The notes beneath the pieces were generated by a model. That model made no database searches. It saw only the letters and a program-made list of their open reading frames with translations, and was not told the DNA's origin. Position numbers and translations under genes: made by a program. DNA of 63,425 nt, filler included, from Octopus bimaculoides (taxonomy: Eukaryota), in NCBI RefSeq assembly GCF_001194135.2. It is 9 parts of 8 records of this genome, joined end to end, with 100 filler letters (N's around TTAATTAATTAA, not from the genome) between each part and the next. Parts side by side here need not be neighbours in the genome. Positions count along the whole stretch, not along the records: positions 48,999 to 57,315 come from NC_069004.1; positions 57,416 to 63,425 come from NC_069000.1; 7 more parts are not named here. One strand, given 5' to 3'. Shown piece after piece: positions 49,600 through 63,386 of this stretch; the stretch's first letter is position 1, and every line of letters begins with the position of its first letter.

Positions 49600-50710
49600 A
49601 AATGCAGCCAGCCTAATCTCACATCACGATTAATAAAAGAGTTACACCTACCTCACAATATTGACCCAATTGGATTTTGAAGTTCTCAACCTTTTCGAAA
49701 CACCACAAAATATCAAAGACTTGAAAACAGAATCACTGTCGCACTCAATATGGTTTCAGAAACCATTAATTAAACTTTAAACTGATGATCTTTTAGGATT
49801 ACAATGTATCCTTTGACTGTGCGAATTCTGAAATCATTTGAATTTTCGAATATCGTTGAAAACAGCTCAGTAATAATCAGTAAATTTGTCAGACAAAAGC
49901 AGATACTTGTCGAGATGAATAACTCCAATGTGTCTTAGGTAACAGTGGAAATCGCCTTCCATTGATTTCCTCCAGTAACTCTATTCAAGTCATCAATTTT
50001 GAGATGCGTCGCCCTTTCAAAGCCTAGCCAGGCTCATGAGCTCGGTTTCCTGGTTTCTATGGCGTATGTGTTCCCCCCAGCTGGACGGAACGCCAGTCTA
50101 TCGCAGCATTACTCAAGTGAGAGAAAGTTGGGGCGAAAGAGTACAACAGGGTCACCACCCCACCCCCTGCCGGAGCCTTGTGGAGCTTAGGTGCTTTCGC
50201 TCAATAAACACTCCCAACGCCCGGTCTGGGATCGAAACCGCGATCCTTCGAACGCGAGTCCGCTGCCCTAACCACTGGGCCATTGCGCCTCCACTCATCA
50301 ATTTTGAGAAAAAAGTTGAAATTCCTTTTAGAGTTTGGAAGAAAATTCGATATTCATGAGTAGTTGAAACCGATTGAGAGAATATCAGATTAAGCGAACG
50401 TGCATAACAATGTACAAATATGACAGTCATGCCAAGAATTTCCTTTACTGTCACTTGCACTTCATTCAGATGCCCAGTCATCTTGTACGCTCTGTCATAA
50501 GTTTGCGCAATGAATTTTTGGTTACAATTGAATTCATAAACAAATTTTTAAACTTCTGTCAGCGATTCAGCTTTTCTATCTTTAGTGACATTAATGTATC
50601 CCAAAACCCTTTTTCGGGGCTTTTCCATCTCATCAACAAATTGCAAAGCGCGTAACAATTGAGGTTTCATCCTAAGACCCATAGTCTCATCAAACATAAC
50701 AGCAACAAAT
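49600..50710 (-). mobile_element. hAT transposase remnant interrupted by a SINE
   Basis: FVAVMFDET..QL..LQFVD..RVLGY.NV..DR.AESL; MTGHLNEVQ..FVHCYARSLNLI.SQS..RIFF.TL.GI..FFSK; after removing the SINE it continues RRFP..PKTHWSYSSR. Confidence 0.8.
50005..50294 (-). mobile_element. SINE with a family A head and a different 3' tail, 15-bp TSD
   Basis: TSD tcatcaattttgaga at 49990-50004 and 50295-50309. Head matches family A up to caactttctctcac, then gatagactggcgttccgtccagctggg.. Confidence 0.9.
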
Positions 50711-50828
50711 AATGTACAATGAGGATAGTAAAAATTATCAATAATTAATTTTATATTACACAAAGATTATCTACCCAGGAAAAAAAAAGTAAAGCGTGTA
50801 GACTATGTGTTGCATACATGCACCCTTC

Positions 50829-51216
50829 GTGGAGGCGCAATGGCCCAGTGGTTAGGGCAGCGGACTCGCAGTCATAGGATCGCGGTTTCGATTCCCAGAC
50901 CAGGCGTTGTGAGTGTTTATTGAGCGAAAATACCTAAAGCTCCACGAGGCTCTGGCAGGGGTTGGTAGTGAACCCTGCTGTACTCTTTCACCACAACTTT
51001 CTCTCACTCTTTTTTCCTGTTTCTGTTGTGCCTGTAATTCAAAGGGTCAGCCTTGTCATTTTGTGTCACGCCGAATCTCCCCGAGAACTACGTTAAGGGT
51101 ACACGTGTCTGTGGAATGCTCAGCCACTTGCACGTTAATTTCCCGAGCAGGCTGTTCCGTTGATCGGATCAACTGGAACCCTCGACGTCGCAAGCGACGG
51201 AGTGCCAACACACATA
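50829..51216 (+). mobile_element. Full-length SINE family A
   Basis: Near-identical to the 27215 and 40503 copies; cacccttc duplicated at 50821 and 51217. Confidence 0.9.
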
Positions 51217-51293
51217 CACCCTTCACCCTAGCACCACTCGTTCCTTCATATCTTTTTATATTTAATTATGTGCCAACTGTGATGTCATTGCAG

Positions 51294-51432
51294 ACTCTTC
51301 CAACAGCAAACTATAAACCTTCAGAATCAAATAACTGATTACAAACACAAAATACAAGTCAAAGAATCTGTAATTGAGCCCTTACTACGGCAACTTGAAC
51401 GACATCGAAAATTTGGATTAGACGAAATGCAG
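51294..51432 (+). CDS. Coiled-coil gene exon (phase 2-0)
   Basis: cattgcag|A LFQQQTINLQNQITDYKHKIQVKESVIEPLLRQLERHRKFGLDEMQ|gttagt; 139 nt. Phase matches the upstream exon. Confidence 0.75.
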
Positions 51433-51544
51433 GTTAGTAGTGAATAGACGCCTGAATATTTGGTATAGATGATGAGAAAACACAGCATCTGTGACAAGGG
51501 ATGCATTTTGAAACCTAGACTTGTTTTCATAACAAGGGATTTCC

Positions 51545-51868
51545 TTTTTCTCATCTTCTTCTTATTTGTTTTTTCCTCCTTCTTTCCTCCCCCTACTACT
51601 TCTCTTTTTCTTTGTCTTTCTTCTTTTTCTCATCTTCTTCTTCTTTGTTTTTTCCTCCTTCTTTCCTCCCCCTACTACTTCTCTTTTTCTTTGTCTTTCT
51701 TCTTTTTCTCATCTTCTTCTTCTTTGTTTTTTCCTCCTTCTTTCCTCCCCCTACTACTTCTCTTTTTCTTTGTCTTTCTTCTTTTTCTCATCTTCTTCTT
51801 CTTTGTTTTTTCCTCCTTCTTTCCTCCCCCTACTACTTCTCTTTTTCTTTGTCTTTCTTCTTTTTCTC
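51545..51868. repeat. 79-bp polypyrimidine minisatellite, ~4 near-perfect copies
   Basis: tctcatc recurs at 51549, 51628, 51707, 51786. Confidence 0.9.
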
Positions 51869-52913
51869 CTCTTCTTCCTTCCCCTCCTCTTTCTCCTTCT
51901 CCTCCTTCCTTTTCTTCTTCCTCTCCTCATCTTCCTCCTTTTCTTCTTCCTATCCTCTTCTTCCTCCTTCTCCTTTTCTTCTTCCTCTCTTCCTCTTCCT
52001 CCTTCTCCTCCTTCTTCCCCTCCTCTTCATCTCCTCCTCCCCTTCATCTCCTCCTCCTCCCCTTCATCTCCTCCTCCTCCTCTTCATCTCCTCCTCCCCT
52101 TCATNNNNNNNNNNNNNNNNNNNNNNNNNNNNNNNNNNNNNNNNNNNNNNNNNNNNNNNNNNNNNNNNNNNNNNNNNNNNNNNNNNNNNNNNNNNNNNNN
52201 NNNNNNNNNNNNNNNNNNNNNNNNNNNNNNNNNNNNNNNNNNNNNNNNNNNNNNNNNNNNNNNNNNNNNNNNNNNNNNNNNNNNNNNNNNNNNNNNNNNN
52301 NNNNNNNNNNNNNNNNNNNNNNNNNNNNNNNNNNNNNNNNNNNNNNNNNNNNNNNNNNNNNNNNNNNNNNNNNNNNNNNNNNNNNNNNNNNNNNNNNNNN
52401 NNNNNNNNNNNNNNNNNNNNNNNNNNNNNNNNNNNNNNNNNNNNNNNNNNNNNNNNNNNNNNNNNNNNNNNNNNNNNNNNNNNNNNNNNNNNNNNNNNNN
52501 NNNNNNNNNNNNNNNNNNNNNNNNNNNNNNNNNNNNNNNNNNNNNNNNNNNNNNNNNNNNNNNNNNNNNNNNNNNNNNNNNNNNNNNNNNNNNNNNNNNN
52601 NNNNNNNNNNNNNNNNNNNNNNNNNNNNNNNNNNNNNNNNNNNNNNNNNNNNNNNNNNNNNNNNNNNNNNNNNNNNNNNNNNNNNNNNNNNNNNNNNNNN
52701 NNNNNNNNNNNNNNNNNNNNNNNNNNNNNNNNNNNNNNNNNNNNNNNNNNNNNNNNNNNNNNNNNNNNNNNNNNNNNNNNNNNNNNNNNNNNNNNNNNNN
52801 NNNNNNNNNNNNNNNNNNNNNNNNNNNNNNNNNNNNNNNNNNNNNNNNNNNNNNNNNNNNNNNNNNNNNNNNNNNNNNNNNNNNNNNNNNNNNNNNNNNN
52901 NNNNNNNNNNNNN

Positions 52914-52944
<31 letters not shown>

Positions 52945-53606
52945 ATATGTTTGTGTGTCTGTGTTTGTCCCCGCAACATCGCTTGACAACCGATGCTGGT
53001 GTGTTTACGTCCCCGTCACTTAGCGGTTCGGCAAAAGAGACCGATAGAACTAGGCTTACAAAGAATAAGTCCCGGGGTTGATTTGCTTGACTAAAGGCGG
53101 TGTTCCAGCATGGCCGCAGTCAAATGACTGAAACAAGTAAAAGAGTAAAGAGTATTAAAATTAAATAATAAGGGTTGAAATTAACACAGCGAAACCTTAA
53201 AGTATGGGAATTAACTGCTACGTTTATTTCTTTTCATTTGTCTCCCTCGTAGCGTCTTGCTAATTTGAGGACACATTTTTCGTGGTAGGACGGTTAGGCG
53301 TCTATTTTTAGCATACAAACAATCCACTTAGTGGTCTCTCCTCTTATTTATATTTAAATATACATTAAAATATATACGATAATAGATTTTTAAAAATTAT
53401 TTTTCATGTTAACATCATTCTTCGAGTTAAACCACACATCTTGAAACTAATTACTTAAATAAGTTGAGAAATGCCTGCTCTTCTGAATCTCTGAATTTAG
53501 GCGTATGACTTTGCATGAGAAACCAATGATAAAAATGACCAAACTGAAGAACTAAAGGAAGGGCTAAAAAGAAAACCTGTTGATTTTGTTTTTCTTCTTA
53601 ATACAG

Positions 53607-53729
53607 GATACGCGTGAGAAAATAAATGCTCTACAGAGTAAAAACAACCAACTAGTACAAGACTTAGCAAAACACGAAGACAAAACTAATGAATATTTAG
53701 AATTGGAAAATCAGATAAAGGAAATACAG
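53607..53729 (+). CDS. Coiled-coil gene exon (phase 0-0)
   Basis: tttttcttcttaatacag|DTREKINALQSKNNQLVQDLAKHEDKTNEYLELENQIKEIQ|gtaagt; 123 nt. Confidence 0.8.
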
Positions 53730-53845
53730 GTAAGTAAATACTTTCAAAAGTCTTGATCCCTGATGTATGTATAAATATATGAACATATACTTATGTGTGT
53801 GTGTGTGTGTGTGTGTGTTTCTGTGTGTCTCTCTCTTTCTCACAT

Positions 53846-53979
<134 letters not shown>

Positions 53980-54253
53980 TACATAACAGACAGACTGATA
54001 GACAGGCACAGACAGACAGACGCAGACAGACAGACAGACGGACGGACACAGACAGACAGACAGACAGACACAGACGGACGGACACAGACAGGTAGACAGA
54101 CAGACACAGACAGACAGACAGGCACAGACAGACAGACAGACACAGACAGACAGACAGACACAGACAGGCAGACAGACACAGACAGACAGAGTAATAGATA
54201 GGTATACAAATATGCACATGTATTCACGTACACACACATGTACATGCATATAG

Positions 54254-54291
<38 letters not shown>

Positions 54292-54727
54292 ATACACGTA
54301 TATATTGCCATTAGGCAGGACATCCAGTCATGGAAACTATGCCAAACAAACACTGGAGCACGATGCAGTCCTTGGATCCACTGGAACCTGTTAAACTGTC
54401 CAACCCATGTCAGCATGGAACATGGACGTCAAATGATAACGATGATAACGATGATGACGATGATGATGATTATCCTCCTCCTCATAAGCTTTCTTTTCCC
54501 AACATAACTGACATGTTCATAAATTATCTTTACAACTTCCTCACTTCCAAACTTCAAACTGTAAAGGTAATTTATACTCCACCCCAAAACTGTTTTCGTG
54601 GGGGGAAAAGTTCACACTGAGCATGACTGAGATCAAGTTAGTTGAAAACACAAAAAACCTAACTTGATTCCAGTTTTATTTAGTGAAAATGGTGGTCAAC
54701 ATACAAAGTTTGCTTCTTTTTATAAGT

Positions 54728-55047
54728 AGGCGCATGGCTTAGTGGTCAGGATATTCGGCTCACGAACGTAAGGTTGTGAGTTCGATTCCCAGCGGCGTGT
54801 TGTGTCTTTGAGCGAGACACTTTATTTCACGTTGCTCCAGTTCATTCAGCTAGCAAAAACGAGTAGTAACTGTATTTCAAAAGGTCAGTCTTATCACATT
54901 CTGCGTCACACCGAATCTCCATGGGAACTACGTTAAGGGCACATATGTCTGTGGAGTGCTCAGCCACTTGCTCGTTAATTTCCCGAGCAGACTGTTCTGT
55001 TGATCGGATCAACTCGAAACCTCGTTGTTGTAAGCAACTGAGTACCA
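54728..55047 (+). mobile_element. Older SINE related to family A
   Basis: tRNA head aggcgcatggcttagtgg..gagttcgattccc; shares the gtctgtggagtgctcagccacttg body. Confidence 0.8.
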
Positions 55048-55171
55048 GTTAATGCTTAACTGATTCGAATTTACACTCCAGAATCTTTGTCGAGGACAAC
55101 TCCTCAGGATATAAGAAAAATTCAGGTGAACTGATATAGAGATAGTAATACAGATAAGCATGATTAGGTTT

Positions 55172-55209
<38 letters not shown>

Positions 55210-56627
55210 CATACATACATACGTATACACATCTTTTATATTTTATCTCTTAATTGTTTCAGTCATTAGACTGCGGCCATGCTGGGTGACCGCTTTTTTT
55301 TTTTAAGTAGCTTGCTTACCAACCACATAGTTCCGGGTTCATTCCCATTGCGTGGCACCTTGGACGAGTGTCTTCTACTATAGCCACGGGCCGACCAAGA
55401 AACTTNNNNNNNNNNTATGTATGTATGTATGTATGTGTGTATATGTTTGTGTGTCTGTGTTTGTCCCCTAACATCGCTTGACAACCGATGGTGGTGTGTT
55501 TACGTCCCCGTCACTTAGCGGTTCGGCCAAAGAGACCGATAGAATAAGTACTAGGCTTACAAAGAATAAGTTCTGGGGTCGATTTGCTCAACTAAAGGTG
55601 GTGCTCCAGCATGGCCGCAGTAAAATGACTGAAACATGTAAAAGAGTAAAAGAGTAACGCCAATACTTGTTTTTTTAAGTCTGGTACTTATTCTGTCAGT
55701 CTATTTTGCCGAACTGCTAGGTTATGGAGACGTAAACATACCAACACCGGTTGTCAAGTGGTGATGGGGAGAGAAACACAGACACACATACATAAATATA
55801 TATACTTATATATACGACGGGCTTCTTTCATTTTCCATCAAATCCACTCACAAGGCTTAGTAGAAAACATCCGCCCAAGGTGCCGCACAGTGGGACTGAA
55901 CCCGGAACCATGTGGTTGGGAAGAAAGCTTCTTACCACACAGCCACGTCTGCACTTGTATGTAGACATATATAAGGTTATACAAACGTTGCAAATATTCA
56001 GAAGATAAACACTTATGTACAAGCAGAAAGACACAATTGACATAAAGTATAAGAAATATAGAAAACTGAGGGGAGAATGCATAATGTACACACATACACA
56101 CACACACACATATATATATACACACGCGCGTGCACACACACTCGCACACACACACTCGCACACACACACACACATATATATGTACAAGAAAAACAAAAAA
56201 TGGAATAAGAACGTAATAGACAACAATAAAAACATACGAGCAGATAGACGATACAAAGACAGACAGGAAAAAACAAGGACAGATCATTCATGGCTTTCTA
56301 TTCATCAGGAAAGTTTCCAAATTATCGTTACAGTTTCAGCCTGTTACACTTGAAACTTCAAAATTGGTTGGCCCCAAAAATCTAAGGTAAGAGCATTAAA
56401 TTTTTAGAAGAAAGCAAGCGAATGTGTATGACAACACAGACAAAATAAAAACGAGAAAATGGAGAAAATGTTACACGATTACAAATACAAACAACAAGAG
56501 AGTAACAACAGATGTCTTTCGACTAATAAAGACGAATCCAGTTGAGCTGGCGTGTGGAGTGAAAGACATAGATGAAAGTTAGGAGACAGGAAAATAAGAG
56601 ATGCTATACATTCTTCTCTTTTGTTAG

Positions 56628-56770
56628 AAGGAGCAAAGAACTTTGACGCAAAAACAGTCCAGCTATAAAGAAGATTGGGAGAAGCAAAATAAAAAAATGC
56701 AGATTGAACTCGATGATTTCAGGAATAATATGATTAGAGACCTTAAAAATGTATGGAAACAAAAGGAAAG
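56628..56770 (+). CDS. Coiled-coil gene exon (phase 0, probable phase-2 end)
   Basis: ttcttctcttttgttag|KEQRTLTQKQSSYKEDWEKQNKKMQIELDDFRNNMIRDLKNVWKQKE AG|gtgggt. An alternative donor |gtatgg lies at 56751. Confidence 0.7.
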
Positions 56771-57157
56771 GTGGGTAGCATTCTGACTGTTTCCATTCAA
56801 GTAAATTCTTTCGTGTTCCAAACCTTTTACTCCAACAGCTTCCAACCTCTTGATTGTGTCGTAGTTCAAATTGGTTCCCGTAGACAAACTCTTTATTTGT
56901 AAATTATTTGATAAAGCGTAAAATATATTTAGAACTCCACTTTGTATATCCAGATAATTAAATATATATATATATATATATAAATGCAGGCATTGCTCAC
57001 TCCCCAGCCACATCGTATTGGGTTCAGTTCTACTGCGTACCGCCATGGGGATTCATAGTCCCCTACTATAGCCCTGAGCCAACCAAGGACTTGTTGAGTA
57101 GACAGAAATTAAAAGAAGCTCGTCACATATACATGCGTGTATGTATGTGTGGTTGTG

Positions 57158-57188
<31 letters not shown>

Positions 57189-57275
57189 ATGCATATATGT
57201 ATATATGTATATATATATATATATGTATGTATATATGTATATATATATATATATATATGTATGTATATATGTATA

Positions 57276-57315
<40 letters not shown>

Positions 57316-57415
57316 NNNNNNNNNNNNNNNNNNNNNNNNNNNNNNNNNNNNNNNNNNNNTTAATTAATTAANNNNNNNNNNNNNNNNNNNNNNNNNNNNN
57401 NNNNNNNNNNNNNNN

Positions 57416-57452
<37 letters not shown>

Positions 57453-58317
57453 ATCTATAATACTTACGTGTATACCCTGAAGTATATATCTTGTGTGCAC
57501 ACATTCAGACCTAGCATACATTTACTTATGAAATATGAAGATCTGGCTAAACTATCAGCCAGTAACAGAGAGGGGAATGTGTATGCAATGGAAGACAAGT
57601 TAAAATAGCATTTTATGACTAGTTACTGCCAATATGGTAACAATGCTACGTTAGGAAGCAGTAAGAATATTTCCAGAAAAAGAAGCAAGTTGAATTACCG
57701 AAAAGCTGAAGTGGAATAAACATATTAGAGAAAAGTTGGAGATGAAATAAAAAAAAAATTAAATGAAAATAAAAAAATATATAAGATAAAGTAAGAAAGA
57801 AAAAAAATACAAAAAAGAATGGCCAAAACGGAAAACAGCAAAATTATTTTATGAGTATAACTTAAGCTGCTTAATAGCATGTTTTACTCAATAAACTCCT
57901 AATTCCTGCATTTTGCCAGTTCCTGCTGAGATAAATTAATGCTTCTGTACTGCTTCGGTTGGTCTTTGCTAAAGTGACTTATATCTTATTTCAGCGTGAC
58001 AAAAGTGTGCTGTTTTGCAAATTAACTGCGAACGAACCAATGAAAATCAATTTTTATGCACATTTACCGAGTTCCTTCTATTTTATTGGTTCTTTCCGTA
58101 ATTCCCCCCTTTTATTGTATCTTTTACATATGCTTTGTACCATTTTATTATTTTTTTTTGGGGGGGGGGGTATTTGTTTTAGCTGCATTTAAGTTAAAGC
58201 ATTGCTATGTAATCTTATAAAGAAAATGTCTACATTGGCTGGTTGTTGTTATTGTTGGTGGTGGCGGTGGCGGTGGTGGTGGTGGTGTTGATATTTGTTG
58301 TTGTTGTTGTTGGTGTG

Positions 58318-58960
58318 TTTAGCCCCAGGTCAATTGTGGAGCAAACGCGTCATCAAAGGTAGAGATTTTGTTGTTCTTTAACCTCAAGTCAATTGCAATT
58401 GATAGAGATCTTTGATCAAATGTACTTGGTGTTGTTGTTGTTATTATTATTATTTAGCCCAAGGTCAAGACTGATCAAGAAGAAGACCTATGATCAAAAG
58501 TGCTGTTGTTGTTATTGTTGCTGTTGTTTTTTTAACCTCAAGTCAATTATGATTGATAGAGTTCTTTGATCAAAGGTACTTGTTGTTGTTGTTGATGATG
58601 TTGTTGTTGTTATCTAGCCTCAGGTCAAGTCTGACCAAGAAGACCTCTGATCAAAAGCACTGTCGATGCTGTTGCTGCAGTTTAACCACGGGTCAACTCA
58701 AGTAAACTTAAGAGGAAGGAAGCTTTTACCACCCGCCCCCAGCCACCACCAACCACCAGATCAGTTCCGATCAAACAGAACTATGACCAAGAATTTTGTC
58801 GTTTAGCCCCAGGACAAGTACAATGAAGCAGAACTATAATCGATGGTGTTGCTGTTGTTGTTGTTGTTCTTGTTTGTTTATTCCTAGGCCTACTCAGATT
58901 AAATAGCCTTAATGTCAAAATTATTGTTGTCACAGTTATTTAGCTTTAGGTTAATTTTAT
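58318..58960 (+). repeat. Diverged tandem array of ~60-85-bp SINE-end units separated by (TGT)n
   Basis: About 9-10 units starting ttta(g/a)cc.caggtcaa.. and mostly containing tgatcaaa. Confidence 0.7.
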
Positions 58961-59109
58961 TTGAAAAACAGGTACAATTTTTTTCCATTTCCTGTCCACC
59001 AAATCCATTCTCAAGGCTTTGGTCAACCTCAGGCTATAGTAGAAGACACTTGTACAAGGTATCATAAAATTGGACTATACCTGAAATAGTTTATATATAT
59101 ATATGTTTC

Positions 59110-59388
59110 AGTAAGATTCTGTTTTATCACACATGGCTCTAGTAACACAGGAATGGATGACTGAAAATGTTCATGATCACATTACCCCTAACATTTGGCC
59201 TCTTAATTCCCCAGAGCATTGTTGAGAGAGAGGTCAATGAACATGCCCATAACACCAAAAATTCTTTGAAAGCTGCCATAGTCAGAGTAGTGTCCAAAGT
59301 GCACCAGGACCACTTGATTTGAGCATGTAGATGCTTTACATCTCATATAGAAGCAGTTGTTGAAGCCGAAGGTGGCTTTATTGAATAA
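59110..59388 (+). mobile_element. Tc1/mariner-superfamily transposase C-terminal remnant
   Basis: DSVLSHMALVTQEWMTEN..IWPLNSP[deletion]IVEREVNEHAHNTKNSLKAAIV..IEAVVEAEGGFIE*. Confidence 0.8.
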
Positions 59389-61499
59389 CATTATAGAAAA
59401 GAAGGTTTGTTTTTATCCTCATAGCATTTTTTGATAAATAAAGTTATTATATATATATATAATTTAGAGAAAAAAAACCCCCCACAATTATTGAATTCAT
59501 CCATGAAAATCCACAGTCACATATAGAAAAATTTAATAAGTAAATATGCTAAAAAGACCTATAATAAAAATACAAAGTAATAAATATTAAAATAATAAAA
59601 TATATATATATATATATATATTCTGACCTTCCCGAGTGTCAAACTAATACACCTGCTTTTTGTTTANNNNNNNNNNNNNNNNNNNNNNNNNNNNNNNNNN
59701 NNNNNNNNNNNNNNNNNNNNNNNNNNNNNNNNNNNNNNNNNNNNNNNNNNNNNNNNNNNNNNNNNNNNNNNNNNTATATTATATATATATATATTATATA
59801 CATATATACAAGAAAATACTTTACACTATTCTTCTACACTTTACCATTCACCAATGTTTGCAGTACTTTGGCAAAATAATTTCAACTAAATTGGAACGAG
59901 ACGAACGGAATTGCATATTTTACTCAGCAGAGCCATACCTCACTTATCAAAAACTTTTTTAATCTGTAACTTCACAGCAAAAAGCCTGGCTTCCTAATAA
60001 TCAAATCCCTATACTTATCAAAGTACCAATTGATGCTGTGATTGAATTTGTGCCCTCACTTTTCTAAGTTCATACCTTGGCTGTTCTGTATTTTATTTAT
60101 TATCATTTTATTTTATTTCATTTCTGTATTGTTTTATTTTATATTGCGGTTTGTGAATAAAGGTGCTGTTGGCTGTGGGTTTGCAGCCTTTCTGCTGGTG
60201 AAGGAAACAAGGGAGTGTCTAAATCGATGCAGAAAAACCATCTCAAGGGACTCTGTGTGTAAAACACTGTTGTTTGATCTTTTTTTTTGCCTTAATTTTT
60301 ATTGTTGTTGTTTGTTTTACAATTTTCTCACTGCTCTTTACAATTTTTGTTCATGTTTAATGGTGTAAGATAAACACATGCTGAAGCACGCATGTAGGCA
60401 TACAAATACACACACAGTTAAATACATGCACACACACACATTCACGACCACACACACACATGTACAATGGCATGCAAAGACACACATACAGACATGCAAG
60501 CAAACACATATACATATACACATACAAGGACAAACACGTGCAGACTTACAAATACACTCACACTTACATATATACAAATATGCACACACACACACACACA
60601 CATGCAGGCGCACAAGCCCATAGACATACACACACACTCAGACACACACACACACACATTCTTTTATTCTTTTACTAGTTTCAGTCATTTCACTGCAGCC
60701 ATGCTGGAGCACCAACTTCAAGAGGTATTCGTCAAAGAAATCAACTCCAGGACTTATTCTTTGTAAGCCTAGTATTATTCTATCAGTCTCTTTTGCTGAA
60801 CCGCTAGGTTACAGGGGACATAAACACAGCAACACTGGTTGTCAAGCAATGTTGGGGGAGGGGGACAAACACAGACACAGAAACACACACACACATACAT
60901 GTATACAGCATAGTTTCTATCAACTAAATTCCACTCACAAGATATTGGCCAACTTCAGAACTATATTAGAAGACACTGGTCTAATGTGCCACACATTCAC
61001 ACAATGGAATTGAACCCAGAACCACTTGGTTAATAAACTAGCAATTTAACACTTCCTCTCCAAGCTTCTGCACTCATCCTCTCTCAGTAAGCGATATACT
61101 GTAAAGAAAGGAAAGTCGATGCTTGCTACATTATCTACACAGCTTTCAACACAATTATAATATACAGATAATCAAACACCATCTGTTCATATGTATATTA
61201 ATAACACTGATGTTGTTTGAAATTACTTTCAAAGGCAAGTGGAGTTAATTAACTTGTTTAGAGCGATCTATGTTAATATAAATTATGGAACTTGAACTTG
61301 GGCACCTAAGTATTCGCTAATTTATCTATTTAGCTGTTGTAAACTTCATAACGAGAAAGAAAGAAAGAAAAGAAGAAGATAAAAACCAAACAAACAAACA
61401 AAACTCTAAAAAGAACTCTAGTGTTGCTGTTTATTAAATCGTTTCTATTAATTCTGAAAGTTGGAAGTGTAATACAATGAAATAACATATACATATGTG

Positions 61500-61542
<43 letters not shown>

Positions 61543-61678
61543 NNNNNNNNNNNNNNNNNNNNNNNNNNNNNNNNNNNNNNNNNNNNNNNNNNNNNNNNNN
61601 NNNNNNNNNNNNNNNNNNNNNNNNNNNNNNNNNNNNNNNNNNNNNNNNNNNNNNNNNNNNNNNNNNNNNNNNNNNNNN

Positions 61679-61717
<39 letters not shown>

Positions 61718-62064
61718 TTATATATATATATATATATACACATACATAATGAACAAATTTTCAAAAGATTTCAATTCTTAATTCTTAGTTTTATATATAT
61801 TTATTGACCGATTCAGTATTGTTATTATATTATTTTCTCTCTAACCGCACTTTCCGCCCCCCCCCCACTCCTCGCTCATTCTGTTAGAGAAGTAGTGGTT
61901 GCTGACATAGCTGTATGGTTAAGAAGTTTACTTCTCAACCACAAGCTATCAGGTTCAATCTCACAGCATGATATCTTGGCCAAGAGTTTTCTACTATAGC
62001 TTCGGGCTCATGAAAGCTTTGTAGGTAGATTTGGCAGACAGAAACTGAAAGAAGCCTACTATAT

Positions 62065-62592
62065 ATTTTTATCCATTCTTCAGCTAAAACAGTCTCCAGT
62101 TCTTGTAGTGTTGATGGTGGAGGATATCGACTCCTTACTTGTTTTTCTAAAATACTCCATAAATGTTCAATAATATTGAGATCTGGGGACTGTGGTAGCC
62201 AGATAAGATGTTCAACTTCGCTAGAATGTTCCTCGTGCCATTCAGTAACAACTTTAGCTGCGTGAATTGGGATATTATCATCTTCAAAGATTGCCTTTTC
62301 CTCTGAAAACAGTTTCCCAACCATACGATGAAGTTGATCAGATAAAATGCTTAAATAGTCTTTACTAATTCTGCTATGAAGGGAAAGCATTGATCCGGTG
62401 TATTTCCAAGATATAGCCCCCCCCCCCAGATCATCACAGATCCTCCTCCATGTTTAACAGTTGGAAGAAGGCAGTCTGGGTCAAATGCTTCTTTTGGCTG
62501 TCTCCACGCGTATACTTGGCCAGTGGTCGGGAATAAGGTAAACGATGACTCCTCTGAGAAAATAACATTCTTTCACTGCTCTAGGGACCAAT
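62065..62592 (-). mobile_element. Tc1-like (DD34E) transposase catalytic-domain remnant
   Basis: VIFSEESSF..WRQPKEAFDPDCLLPTVKHGGGSVMIWG..FEDDNIPIH..WLPQSPDLNIIEHLWSILE. Truncated by a SINE. Confidence 0.9.
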
Positions 62593-63196
62593 TCTGTAGG
62601 TTTTTACTTGACCAGCCCTCAGTCAAATCGTCCAACCCATGCTAGCATGGAAAGCAGACGTTAATCAATGATGATGATGATGATGGTCCCTTTTAATCTG
62701 AGGTTCAAATCCTGCTAAGGTAAACATAGCATTTTATCCTTCCAGGATTGATAATACAGAGTACTGGTCAAGTACTATTATCATGTGAACAGAGTTTATA
62801 TTAATCTGTACAGATTGTGGCTCACATCAGAACTGACAAAATGCAAGGCTGCTCAACTTCTGCCTGACAAGTGTAGTGAGGTTTCTAGTTCCAACAGGCT
62901 ACCATAGTTTTGGTTTTGTATTTTTGGTTACCATAAATTTGATATTAATTTTGTACTGAGGCAAAATAAAGTAAACATTACAAGGAAATAGCCAACGGAG
63001 TTATAGGTTTTATTGTAAGGATGTAGAAAACCCTGGAAACATTGTATTGAAGGTACTCCACTGAATTTATGCTATCAGATAATAAAAACGAAAATAAGAA
63101 AAGAGAGTGATTTGCAGAGTTCAATACATCCATACACGCATACATACATACATGAATGTATAAATATATATGAATAAATACATATGTATATCATTC

Positions 63197-63227
<31 letters not shown>

Positions 63228-63255
63228 TGCGTGTACAATTATAAATATATATATG

Positions 63256-63349
<94 letters not shown>

Positions 63350-63350
63350 C

Positions 63351-63386
<36 letters not shown>

